Source: Candidatus Magasanikiibacteriota bacterium (GTDB lineage: Bacteria > Patescibacteriota > Patescibacteriia > Magasanikbacterales > 2-02-FULL-50-9b). Taken from it: a stretch of 64,000 bases of DNA. Both the position numbers and the translations under genes were made by a program. Below are positions 28,918-37,349 of this stretch, one piece after another; position 1 is the first letter of the stretch; each line of letters opens with the position of its first letter. The DNA lies in contig CAITMK010000003.1 of the NCBI GenBank assembly GCA_903893485.1, positions 9,922 to 73,921 on the forward strand, given 5' to 3'. Under the pieces are notes generated by a model that ran no database searches, had not been told where the DNA came from, and saw only the letters and a program-made list of their open reading frames with translations.

Positions 28918-28938
28918 CGATTCCCCTTGGGACTACCA
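28918..28938 (+). repeat. direct duplicate of the last 18 nt of tRNA-Glu followed by CCA (displaced tRNA 3' end; att-like scar)
   Basis: cgattccccttgggacta at 28918-28935 is identical to 28772-28789, and here it is followed by cca. No upstream tRNA body. Confidence 0.8.
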
Positions 28939-28942
28939 AAAT

Positions 28943-28976
28943 ATCCTCCGCTTTTGCGGGGGATGTTTTGTTTTTA
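28943..28976. terminator. hairpin plus T-tract; terminator for the convergent 28974..29603 gene and the tRNA region
   Basis: atcctccgc-tttt-gcgggggat followed by gttttgttttt. Confidence 0.6.
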
Positions 28977-29603
28977 ATACCATTTTTTATCCGCGTAAAA
29001 ATATAAAACCACACTCACGAGTGCCGCATAAAAACACCACACCGACGTAAAATCTTTGGTGTATACAATCCACGCAACCGCGGCAGTAACTAATGCAAGC
29101 ATCGAAAAAACTTTAAAGGCTCGATAACTAGATAATAATCCGGGAGCAATTGTCACGATAAGATACGCATAACTGAGCGGCATCGGATGCGTAATTTCAT
29201 TTGCTTTATAAAATACACAGTGATTGATAATAACCGCGGCTTGCGGATTGCGCAAAAAGCCAATGTATAGTGTTGCGCCAATAGCCGCCCCCACATAACA
29301 CATGACCGTCATGATTTGACGACGTACCTTACTTGGTTCAATCGATCGCGCAGCAAACGGAACAAATATTGGCCAAAATAAAAATGCAAAAAATAAAAAT
29401 CCAAATGTAAGTGGTAATGTAAATTGTGGCGCGTGCCCGAGTGACAACCAGAGCCATCCTTCTATAAATTGCTGAATTGCAAAAAGAAATGAAATGCACG
29501 CAAGCGGCAACGCATTTTTATTTTTAGTTTTATGAATTGTTGCAGCACCAACTACCGTGAGAACAGCGGCGGCGGTAAAACTTGCGGTTGCAGAAAAACA
29601 CAT
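28974..29603 (-). CDS. hypothetical polytopic membrane protein
   Basis: 209 aa, ATG start, six or more hydrophobic segments; no family recognised. Confidence 0.6.
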   Translation of the reverse strand: MCFSATASFTAAAVLTVVGAATIHKTKNKNALPLACISFLFAIQQFIEGWLWLSLGHAPQFTLPLTFGFLFFAFLFWPIFVPFAARSIEPSKVRRQIMTVMCYVGAAIGATLYIGFLRNPQAAVIINHCVFYKANEITHPMPLSYAYLIVTIAPGLLSSYRAFKVFSMLALVTAAVAWIVYTKDFTSVWCFYAALVSVVLYFYADKKWY

Positions 29604-29663
29604 ATGCTAATATATTAGCATGGATTTGGCTAATAAAAAACAGCTTGGCGTATATACGTTTTT

Positions 29664-30068
29664 TCAATCACTCATTCTGTCTCTAAAAGGAAATGGATCT
29701 GCCATATCTCTATTAGGAAGATGATCAATTCTCATCGCATTTTCTTGTACCAATCTTGCTTCGGCTTCGGTAAGTTCTTCTTTAAAACGATCAATTCTTT
29801 TAACAACCTCTTCGGCTTCAGATACTAAAAGATTGTCAGCCTTTCCTTTTTTGGCAAGCTGAATCGCATCATCCATTACACGTCTATAATATCCCTCATT
29901 AGTCAAGATGGCCCGCTTGAGGCGCATAATTTTACCAGCGGTATTTTCTGCCCCAGCTTCATCTTGATAAGCCTTGCCTGCCTGTTCTAATCTAATCTGC
30001 TCATCAACGAGTTTAATTCTTTCAGCATCTACATCTATCGTATTTAAATCTTGCTTTTCGAAATCCAT
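29664..30068 (-). CDS. hypothetical coiled-coil protein
   Basis: 134 aa, charged alpha-helical composition. Confidence 0.5.
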   Translation of the reverse strand: MDFEKQDLNTIDVDAERIKLVDEQIRLEQAGKAYQDEAGAENTAGKIMRLKRAILTNEGYYRRVMDDAIQLAKKGKADNLLVSEAEEVVKRIDRFKEELTEAEARLVQENAMRIDHLPNRDMADPFPFRDRMSD

Positions 30069-30205
30069 AGTATGAAATTATCACTAATCGTACATATATC
30101 TTACCCTCCGCACTCAGGAGCGTCAATCAAAATTTAATCCACAGTAGCCAAAACGCCAGCATATGTGCTATTATTCTTGCAATCATTCATTTGTTAACTA
30201 ATTTT

Positions 30206-30487
30206 ATGAGCAAAATGACAAAGTCAGCCATTGTAGATTCATTGGCAACTACCACAGGCATGAGCAAGAAAGACGTTAATGGCTTCCTTACCGCCATGGC
30301 AGAACTTGCATACAAAGAAGTAAAGAAAAACGGCGAATTCGCTGTGGTAGGTCTTGGTAAATTGGTTAAGGTACACCGCAAGGCTCGTGAAGGCCGCAAC
30401 CCAGCAACTGGCGAAACCATAAAAATTGCTGCAAAAACAGTAGTTAAGTTCCGCGTTGCAAAGGCTGCTAAGGACGCAGTACTCTAA
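30206..30487 (+). CDS. hup: DNA-binding protein HU
   Basis: GFGKF-like core (VVGLGKLVKVHRKAREGRNPATGETIKIAAKTVVKFRVAKAAKDAV). ATG at 30206; the track's 98-aa form starts at a TTG at 30191. Confidence 0.9.
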   Translation: MSKMTKSAIVDSLATTTGMSKKDVNGFLTAMAELAYKEVKKNGEFAVVGLGKLVKVHRKAREGRNPATGETIKIAAKTVVKFRVAKAAKDAVL

Positions 30488-30503
30488 ATCGCTCGTAGGA
30501 TTT

Positions 30504-30531
30504 AAAAACCGCCCGATTGGGCGGTTTTTTT
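30504..30531. terminator. bidirectional intrinsic terminator between hup and the exonuclease gene
   Basis: aaaaaccgccc-gatt-gggcggttttttt. Confidence 0.75.
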
Positions 30532-30532
30532 A

Positions 30533-31228
30533 TTAGCAATATTTTTTCAGAGTAAACACCAACTCTTCATTTTGCTCTGCGGGCGGTTTTTGCATTTCAC
30601 TTCCCTGCAGCCATTGCAGATAACTTTTATCTGTTGCCGCAACCTCTTCAAAAGTTTTGCCGCGATATTTTCCAAAGTTCATGTGCGTAAGGAGCGCGGG
30701 TGTGCGTGTAAGCTCCAACATTTTTTCTAAAACCGCTTCGTCGGTGGTGAGTGCAAATTTTTCTGCAACTGTTTTTTTAAGCGCGCCAAATAACGCTTCC
30801 AAAACCAAAACATCACCGAGCGCATCGTGCGCCGCACCAGCAACATCAAGGCCGAGCAAATAACGCAGGTACTGCAAATTATATTGCTCTGCAGAAATTA
30901 CATGGCGTGCAACGCGGAGTGTATCAATATGCTGGCCCGGCTCCATTCCTTCATTTTTTAAAACTTCCAAATCAAATGGTGCGTTATGCGCCACAATAAT
31001 ATTCTCTGTGATTTCTGCGGCGTGCGGTGCAGCCTCAAACTTTGGCTTATCCGCAACCATTTCGTTGGTAATATGATGCACGGCCATTGCAGAAATTGAA
31101 ATTGGTGATGGTGGTTTGTAAAATTCATTAACTATTTTGCCCGTTTGCGGATTTTTGTAGGCAAGTTGTACGAGGCGGCGTGCGGGATCCAAATCAGTTG
31201 TTTCGGTATCAAGAAAAATAATGTTCAT
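30533..31228 (-). CDS. DEDDh 3'-5' exonuclease (DnaQ/RNase T-like) with a C-terminal extension
   Basis: FLDTETT (Exo I), HNAPFD (Exo II) and HDALGD (Exo III) motifs; ~70-aa conserved C-terminal tail (FGKYRGKTFEEV...YLQWL). Confidence 0.75.
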   Translation of the reverse strand: MNIIFLDTETTDLDPARRLVQLAYKNPQTGKIVNEFYKPPSPISISAMAVHHITNEMVADKPKFEAAPHAAEITENIIVAHNAPFDLEVLKNEGMEPGQHIDTLRVARHVISAEQYNLQYLRYLLGLDVAGAAHDALGDVLVLEALFGALKKTVAEKFALTTDEAVLEKMLELTRTPALLTHMNFGKYRGKTFEEVAATDKSYLQWLQGSEMQKPPAEQNEELVFTLKKYC

Positions 31229-31318
31229 AGTGCACGCAGCATATCAAATCAAATAAAAAATCACCACCCCTGCCTGCGCGTCGCGCAAACAAGTTTGGTG
31301 AGTTGGCCTGCAAGCGAT

Positions 31319-31984
31319 TCACGGCGCTTTGCTCGGAATCGCGAAATCTTCCACGCGAATGATCGGCGCTTTGCCACAGTGATCGAACAAATCATAGCCG
31401 TCGATCGGCGTGCATTTACGCTCGAGCGCCTCGCGCTGCAAATTGTAGGCGCACGTTTCAAAATCCTTTTGCTTTTGCTGCGTGTGTGGACACGTAGCGC
31501 ACGCCGGATCTTGCGCCGCAAACGCTTTGACACACCACGGCTCAACATACGGCAAGACTTTGGGTGAACACTTTGCCGCAACCAACGCCGCAATATCATC
31601 CTCGGGCGTGTGGCGCGCACGCAACAATTTCTCCTGCGCGGCCACGCACTCTTCATGTTTGACGATTTTCTCGTCATGGTCCTTCCGCGCCCAGCGCACA
31701 CCAATCAGGCATGCATTCTTTTGGTCCGCGTATGCCATGGCCGCCGTTTCAGCCGCGGTCTTGCTTTGTGTGTACATGTTATTCACCGCCGGGAACAGAT
31801 GCTCGGCACTGATCGCTCGCGCGCCGCACCGACGCTGAAATTCACGCGCGATTAGATCTTGCTCTTCGCTCACCGGCGCACCAGCATACCCCTTGTCTTC
31901 CAGGTACGAAACCACGGTTGGCACGCGCATTGCACCGCAACTAAGCAGGCAGAAAACCACCAGAAACAGTTTAGCGTTCTTCAT
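31319..31984 (-). CDS. secreted cysteine-containing lipoprotein, hypothetical
   Basis: Signal peptide with LLSC lipobox; about 12 Cys; 62% GC; left end of the GC-rich island. Confidence 0.55.
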   Translation of the reverse strand: MKNAKLFLVVFCLLSCGAMRVPTVVSYLEDKGYAGAPVSEEQDLIAREFQRRCGARAISAEHLFPAVNNMYTQSKTAAETAAMAYADQKNACLIGVRWARKDHDEKIVKHEECVAAQEKLLRARHTPEDDIAALVAAKCSPKVLPYVEPWCVKAFAAQDPACATCPHTQQKQKDFETCAYNLQREALERKCTPIDGYDLFDHCGKAPIIRVEDFAIPSKAP

Positions 31985-32197
31985 AATCCCCCCAATTGCC
32001 TTTCGGCAAATCTGGTATACCGTAAAATTACCGCCATGTCAAGATAATTCCGTGATTTTTTGGTATTTTTTTGATAACCACGAAGTAGCCGAAGCCCTTG
32101 ACAAAATCGACATATTACGTTATATCTATTACTACGCGCGGGAATTCTCCTTCGTGTTCTGTTCTTCACGGCCCGAGGGGCCAGAAAGGAGTTCGTC

Positions 32198-33883
32198 ATG
32201 CGATTGTTAATCGCGGTAGTTTCCCTCGTCGGCGCCGTGTGGTTGCCGATGGGATGTGGGAGCGATAGCAGTGCTATCACCCCCACCGATGCTGGTTCCG
32301 GAGATACCGGCAGCGACGTGGGCTTGCCCAATGCACCAACGCCGTGCGGTTCGGCCGCGGAGTGTCAGTACGAAGGAATGCAGAAAGAATGCCGCAAGGC
32401 TACCTGCGACCTCACGGCTGGTCACTGCGTGGTGAATCAAGCGGACGACGGCGACCAATGCATGGCCGGCAATGCCTGCTACGACAAAGGGACCTGCACC
32501 GCGGGCCAATGCGTCGTCGGGAAGGCCGTGCTGTGCGATGACGGAATCGCGTGCACCATCGACAGCTGCGACATCACGACCGGTTGCCTGCACAAGCCCC
32601 TCCAAGAGGGCGCGGACTGCGACGACGGCAACGTGTGTACGGTTGGCGATCAATGCACTAAGTTCGGCCTTTGCGCGGGCACCAAGCAAACCTGCGACGA
32701 CGGCGAGATCTGCACCAACGACTCGTGCAACCCGGTCAGCGGCGCGTGCGAAAACACGCCAACCAATGGCCCATGTGACGATGGCAAGGTCTGCACCAAC
32801 GACTCGTGTGTTGGTGGCAAATGCCTCGGCGTCGAAATCAAATGCGACGACGGCAACTTCTGCACCATCGACAAATGCGTCGAAGCCTTTGGCGGCTGTG
32901 TCGGCACCAACTCTTCCGGCGGACCGTGCAATGACGGCGACGGATGCACGGTGGGCGACACGTGCGACAGCGGTATCTGCAAATCGGGTACACCCCAAGT
33001 TTGTAACGACGGCAACGTCTGCACAGCGGAAAAGTGTTCATCGCCGAGCGGCACCTGTGTGTTCACCAAGTCCACCGAGACCCAGTGCAACGACGGTAAT
33101 CTATGCACGGAAAATGACCTGTGCGACACCGTGGCGCCGTGGGTGTGCAAAGGCGGCAAGCCGCTCGTGTGTGACGACGGTAACGTCTGCACCTCCGACA
33201 GCTGCACGGGCAATGGCGGCTGCGCATTTACGCCGAACAACGGCACGTGCGACGACAACAACTCGTGCACGGTGGGCGACACGTGCGTGGCCAAAGAGTG
33301 CCAGCCGAGCAACTTGCAGAAGTGCGACGACAACAACCCGTGCACCACGGACTCGTGTTCGCCAATCACGGGCTGCATCTTCGACGCCAATTCCATCAGC
33401 TGCACGGATGGCAACAGCTGCACGCTGGATGACAAGTGCGCGAACAAATCGTGCGTGGGCGTGGGTGTGGTCTGCAACGACAACAACCCGTGCACCACGG
33501 ACTGGTGTTCGCCGGACCTGGGTTGCCAGGCCGACAAGCTGTCCGTCAACGCAACGTGCAACGATGGCAACGGCTGCACGGGCCCGGACCTGTGCGATGG
33601 CGCTGGCAAATGCAGCGGCAAGACAATTTCGAATTGCGACGACGGCAATTCGTGCACGGACGACTCGTGCAATCCGACCAATGGTTCGTGCGTGAACAAA
33701 GCCAAGCTTGACGGCTCGGCCTGCACGGACAACAACGCGTGCAGCTCCGGCGACGCGTGCAAAGGTGGCATTTGTGCAGCCGTTGCCGTGGACTTGTGCA
33801 ACGACAACGTGACCTGCACCGTGGACATTTGCAATCCGGCCAACGGCGCGTGCTCCCACACGCTCGACCCGAACTGCAAGTAA
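32198..33883 (+). CDS. cysteine-rich tandem-repeat lipoprotein (about 13 ~38-aa CDDGNxCTxDxC...GC repeats)
   Basis: Strong SD (AAAGGAG) 7 nt before the ATG, signal peptide ending ...WLPMGCGS, periodic Cys spacing, about 62% GC. Many alternative-frame ORFs on both strands are artefacts of GC and repeat structure. Confidence 0.8.
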   Translation: MRLLIAVVSLVGAVWLPMGCGSDSSAITPTDAGSGDTGSDVGLPNAPTPCGSAAECQYEGMQKECRKATCDLTAGHCVVNQADDGDQCMAGNACYDKGTCTAGQCVVGKAVLCDDGIACTIDSCDITTGCLHKPLQEGADCDDGNVCTVGDQCTKFGLCAGTKQTCDDGEICTNDSCNPVSGACENTPTNGPCDDGKVCTNDSCVGGKCLGVEIKCDDGNFCTIDKCVEAFGGCVGTNSSGGPCNDGDGCTVGDTCDSGICKSGTPQVCNDGNVCTAEKCSSPSGTCVFTKSTETQCNDGNLCTENDLCDTVAPWVCKGGKPLVCDDGNVCTSDSCTGNGGCAFTPNNGTCDDNNSCTVGDTCVAKECQPSNLQKCDDNNPCTTDSCSPITGCIFDANSISCTDGNSCTLDDKCANKSCVGVGVVCNDNNPCTTDWCSPDLGCQADKLSVNATCNDGNGCTGPDLCDGAGKCSGKTISNCDDGNSCTDDSCNPTNGSCVNKAKLDGSACTDNNACSSGDACKGGICAAVAVDLCNDNVTCTVDICNPANGACSHTLDPNCK

Positions 33884-33907
33884 CCAAATTCTTCCTACCG
33901 GAAGTCC

Positions 33908-33948
33908 TCCCCCTACCGCATTCGTATCGCGGTTCGGGGAGTTTTTTT
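33908..33948 (+). terminator. intrinsic terminator after 32198..33883
   Basis: ctccccctaccgc...gcggttcggggag followed by T7. Confidence 0.55.
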
Positions 33949-33952
33949 ATAT

Positions 33953-33980
33953 TGACAAAACCAGACATTATTGCTAGAGT
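33953..33980 (+). promoter_or_regulatory. candidate promoter (TTGACA-16-TAGAGT) for 34026..35264
   Basis: Consensus -35 hexamer, 16-nt spacer, 4/6 -10. Confidence 0.45.
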
Positions 33981-34025
33981 GATTTATCACGCGAATCCAC
34001 GCGTGAATTACCCCTGGGGGGATCC

Positions 34026-35264
34026 ATGAAGTTCCTTGTTCCGGCTATCTTTGCCCTCCTTTTAGTGGGGGCAACGGGCTGCGGAGATACCGCCGCCCCA
34101 CACGCCGATGACGCGTCAGCTGACGCGAGCGGCGATGCAAACAAAGACGCCACGCTCGGCGATGCCTCGGACTTTGCTCCGGACACGCCAAACGCAAGCG
34201 ACAGCGTCGACATCGCAAATCAAGTCACGCCAGGCGCCAAGAACTGGCCTTGCAGTGTGAACAGTGATTGCGACTCCGGCTACTGCGCGGAATCGCAGAA
34301 CGGCAAGCTGTGCGCGGAGGCGTGCGTTGGAGACTGCTCGTTCGGGTTTGCTTGTCAGACCGTTTCCAATGTCAGCGGCGACATCACGCAGTTCTGCGTC
34401 TCCAAGTTCACGTTCCTGTGCAATCCGTGCGAACACAACACGGAGTGCAACAGCAACTCGAGCTCAAGCAACCGCTGCTTGGACAAAGGCCCTGAAGGAA
34501 TGTTCTGCGGCGTCTCATGCGAAAGCACCAAAGACTGCCCCGCGGGATACGCTTGCAACCAGTTCTCGGATGATACCGGGACGTTCCTGCAGTGCGTACC
34601 CAAGGGTGGCCAAACGTGCGAATGCAATCCGCGCGCCATGGAACTGAAGCCGCAGACCACGTGCTACGAGGCGGCGTCGCCAAGCACGTGCAAAGGCACG
34701 CGTCAGTGTGAAGCCGCGGGCCTTTCGGCCTGCGACATCAAAAAGTCGCCGGAGATCTGCGACGATAAGGACAACGATTGCAACGGTCTGACCGATGAAG
34801 GGCTCTGCGACGATGGCAATCCCTGCACCGCTGACAGCTGCAACTCGGACGGCTCCTGCAAACACGATCAGCTGCAGGGCACGCCCTGTGATGACGGCAG
34901 CGTTTGCACGACCAGCGACAAGTGCGCGGCAGGTTTCTGCGTTTCGGGCGCCACGCTGCTCTGCGACGACAACAATCTGTGCACGGACAACCTGTGTGAC
35001 CCGGTAAATGCTTGCATGTACCCGGCGAACAAAGCTCCGTGCAACGATGGCAATCAGTGCACCTTGGTGGACATGTGCAGCGAAAAAAAGTGCCTGGGAT
35101 CTGTGCCGCCGAATTGCGACGACAAGAATCCGTGTACCACCGACTTCTGCGATCCGACGCTCGGCTGCGTCCATCAGGCTGATACCAAAGTGGACGGTTC
35201 GCCCTGCGCTTCTGCCCCCGGCAGCATCGGCCAGTGCGTGAATGGCAAGTGTGCCCAAACCTAG
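34026..35264 (+). CDS. cysteine-rich lipoprotein with a MopE-like DxDNDCxGxxDEG motif and C-terminal CDDGNxCTxDxC repeats
   Basis: Signal peptide with LVGATGC lipobox; CDDKDNDCNGLTDEG motif; five or more C-terminal Cys repeats like those of 32198..33883; 62% GC. Confidence 0.8.
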   Translation: MKFLVPAIFALLLVGATGCGDTAAPHADDASADASGDANKDATLGDASDFAPDTPNASDSVDIANQVTPGAKNWPCSVNSDCDSGYCAESQNGKLCAEACVGDCSFGFACQTVSNVSGDITQFCVSKFTFLCNPCEHNTECNSNSSSSNRCLDKGPEGMFCGVSCESTKDCPAGYACNQFSDDTGTFLQCVPKGGQTCECNPRAMELKPQTTCYEAASPSTCKGTRQCEAAGLSACDIKKSPEICDDKDNDCNGLTDEGLCDDGNPCTADSCNSDGSCKHDQLQGTPCDDGSVCTTSDKCAAGFCVSGATLLCDDNNLCTDNLCDPVNACMYPANKAPCNDGNQCTLVDMCSEKKCLGSVPPNCDDKNPCTTDFCDPTLGCVHQADTKVDGSPCASAPGSIGQCVNGKCAQT

Positions 35265-35337
35265 ATTCCGGTCTGCTGAACACAGCGCCGGATCACCGCG
35301 GGGTCAGCCGCGTTTAACCAACAGTAATAGGTGTCCC

Positions 35338-35367
35338 GGGAGCTCTGACCAGCTCCCTATTTTTTTT
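35338..35367 (+). terminator. intrinsic terminator ending the GC-rich island
   Basis: gggagct-ctgacc-agctccc followed by T8. Confidence 0.7.
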
Positions 35368-35395
35368 AAAAATCCTGTGTTACACTAGTCGCACT

Positions 35396-36319
35396 ATGGA
35401 ACAGGCAACACAAAAACCACACGTTTTAATCATTGGCGCCGCTGGCCGCATCGGTCGTGCCATGGCGCACATTTTTTCACAGGCAAATGTAACTGATTTT
35501 GATTTGTGCGATAGTGATACGGCCAATTGCCCTGTTCAGCGTCCACTCGCCGAAAGCGCTCCCGAAGCTGACATTATCATCATGTGCGTTTATTCATGGG
35601 TAACCCGCGAGATACTTGAGCAAATTGCACCGCTTGTGAAAAAATCTGCTGTGATTGTATCAATGGCAAAAGGCATTGAAAAAGATTCCAACAAAACAAT
35701 GGATGTGGTTTTGGACGAAACAATCGGCGATCGCGCATCGTGGTGTGTAATGAGCGGACCAATGCTTGCGGAAGAAATTTTAGCAAACGGTGGAAGTGCG
35801 GGTGTTATCGCATCAAATTCAACGCGTGCGTTTGAAATTTTATCTGCATGGATGCTCCCACAAGATGTTATTTTATCCGCAAGTTCTGATGTGCGCGGCG
35901 TTGCACTTTCTGGTGTTTTAAAAAATGTGTATGTACTAACACTTGGCATTGCCGACGGATTAGAATGGAGTGCAAATCGCAGAGGTTGGCTACTTTCGCG
36001 CGCGGCGCATGAAATGCATTTGGTTATGGAAAAATTAGGTGGCGAACAAGAAACCACTGAAGGGCCCGCTGTTTTGGGCGATTTAGTTGCGTGCGCCTTT
36101 TCTCCGCTTTCGCGCAACCGTGCCACGGGTGACACGTTAGTCAAAACAGGTGAATTAAATCCAAAAAGCGAAGGCGCAAATTCACTTAATTCGCTTTTGA
36201 TTTTGCTTGGCGACGCAGCAAAACAATTTCCATTACTACAAGCAATCAAAGCTGTGGCACTTGATCATAAGTCAGCCCACGAAATTTTTGATCAAATGAT
36301 TAGCCGTCACGAAGTATGA
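35396..36319 (+). CDS. gpsA: NAD(P)H-dependent glycerol-3-phosphate dehydrogenase
   Basis: GAAGRIG Rossmann motif, KGIE, SGPMLAEEI (GPSFA.EV-like), LKNVYVLTLGI. Confidence 0.8.
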   Translation: MEQATQKPHVLIIGAAGRIGRAMAHIFSQANVTDFDLCDSDTANCPVQRPLAESAPEADIIIMCVYSWVTREILEQIAPLVKKSAVIVSMAKGIEKDSNKTMDVVLDETIGDRASWCVMSGPMLAEEILANGGSAGVIASNSTRAFEILSAWMLPQDVILSASSDVRGVALSGVLKNVYVLTLGIADGLEWSANRRGWLLSRAAHEMHLVMEKLGGEQETTEGPAVLGDLVACAFSPLSRNRATGDTLVKTGELNPKSEGANSLNSLLILLGDAAKQFPLLQAIKAVALDHKSAHEIFDQMISRHEV

Positions 36320-37344
36320 GAATTTTAGCCATCGAAACTTCGTGCGATGACACCTCCGCGGCTTTAGTTGTGGCGCGTGGCCAAAATACCAAAGTGCTTG
36401 GACAAGTTACCGCATCGCAAATTCCAATTCACCGTCGCTTTGGCGGCGTGGTGCCAGAAGTTGCCGCGCGTGCACATGCCGAAAGCATTGTTCCAACGAT
36501 CCAAGAATTATTTGCGCAGTGTGGATATGATGCCGCAAAGTCCATGAAAAAACCGCCCATCGACGCAATTGCTGTAACATGTGGCCCTGGTTTGGTAACC
36601 AGCTTATGGGTTGGCGTGATTGCCGCAAAATTATTAGCCGCTGAATGGGGCGTGCCGGTATACGGCGTTAACCACATGATCGGACATTTGTTTTCCGCAA
36701 CCGTTGAACATGGTGCGCCCGAATTTCCCGCGCTTGGATTAATTGTGTCTGGCGGCCACACTGAATTAGTGTGGTGCAAATCCGCACGACACTTAAAAAA
36801 AATCGGTGCCACCCGCGATGATGCGGCGGGCGAAGCATTTGATAAATTTGGAAAGTTGTTGGGATTATCATATCCGGCCGGCCCTGAAATTGCAGATCTC
36901 GCAAAACGTGGAAAGAAAAATTCAGTGCCATTTCCCCGCCCCATGCTCACAGACCCCTCGTACGATTTTAGTTTTGCGGGATTAAAAACCGCGGGCCGCA
37001 CCTGGATTTTGGCGCAAGAAAAAATTACACCAACGATGCGCGCTAATGCGTGCGCTTCATACGAAGCCGCAATCGTAGAAGTGTTGGTTGCAAAAACAAT
37101 GCGCGCAGTAAAAGAATTTAAACCAAAAACAATTTTACTTGGTGGCGGTGTTGCGGCTAACGAATTACTGCGTGCAGAATTAACCCGTGCACTTGCGGGC
37201 GAAAAAATTACACTGCTTTTGCCTGAAAAAAAATACACCACCGACAACGCAGCCATGATTGCGGTGGCAGCGATGCGCACTGGAAATTTATTCAAACAGC
37301 CGTGGCGTAAACTTGCGGCTAATCCTTCATTCGAGATACAATAA
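36316..37344 (+). CDS. tsaD: tRNA N6-threonylcarbamoyladenosine synthase TsaD (Kae1/YgjD family)
   Basis: MRILAIETSCDDTS N-terminus, HMIGH and GGV..N motifs; 4-nt overlap with gpsA. Confidence 0.9.
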   Translation: MRILAIETSCDDTSAALVVARGQNTKVLGQVTASQIPIHRRFGGVVPEVAARAHAESIVPTIQELFAQCGYDAAKSMKKPPIDAIAVTCGPGLVTSLWVGVIAAKLLAAEWGVPVYGVNHMIGHLFSATVEHGAPEFPALGLIVSGGHTELVWCKSARHLKKIGATRDDAAGEAFDKFGKLLGLSYPAGPEIADLAKRGKKNSVPFPRPMLTDPSYDFSFAGLKTAGRTWILAQEKITPTMRANACASYEAAIVEVLVAKTMRAVKEFKPKTILLGGGVAANELLRAELTRALAGEKITLLLPEKKYTTDNAAMIAVAAMRTGNLFKQPWRKLAANPSFEIQ

Positions 37345-37349
37345 TATAT

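Noticed and set aside
28840-28938. Possible second tRNA downstream of tRNA-Glu
   Set aside because: Only T-arm/acceptor 3' fragments are present (one inverted, one direct with CCA). There is no 5' acceptor strand, D arm or anticodon arm.
28642-28977. 111-aa +-strand ORF spanning tRNA-Glu
   Set aside because: It reads straight through the tRNA, its terminator hairpin and the duplicated 3' fragment, so it is a chance ORF over RNA features.
28004-30068. Prophage or integrative element at the tRNA-Glu site
   Set aside because: att-like repeats are present, but no integrase, excisionase or phage structural gene occurs in the window and the repeat-bounded interval is only ~130 bp, so it is reported as a scar rather than a mobile element.
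32207-33879. Several long ORFs (263-409 aa) on both strands inside the Cys-repeat gene 32198..33883
   Set aside because: High GC and tandem repeats generate stop-free alternative frames. They translate to Arg/Ala/Thr or Ser/His/Leu low complexity without Cys periodicity. Only the + frame starting at 32198 has an SD, signal peptide and regular Cys repeats.
34515-35283. 247- and 181-aa minus-strand ORFs opposite 34026..35264
   Set aside because: Antisense frames of a GC-rich gene. The + frame has a lipoprotein signal peptide, MopE motif and Cys repeats.
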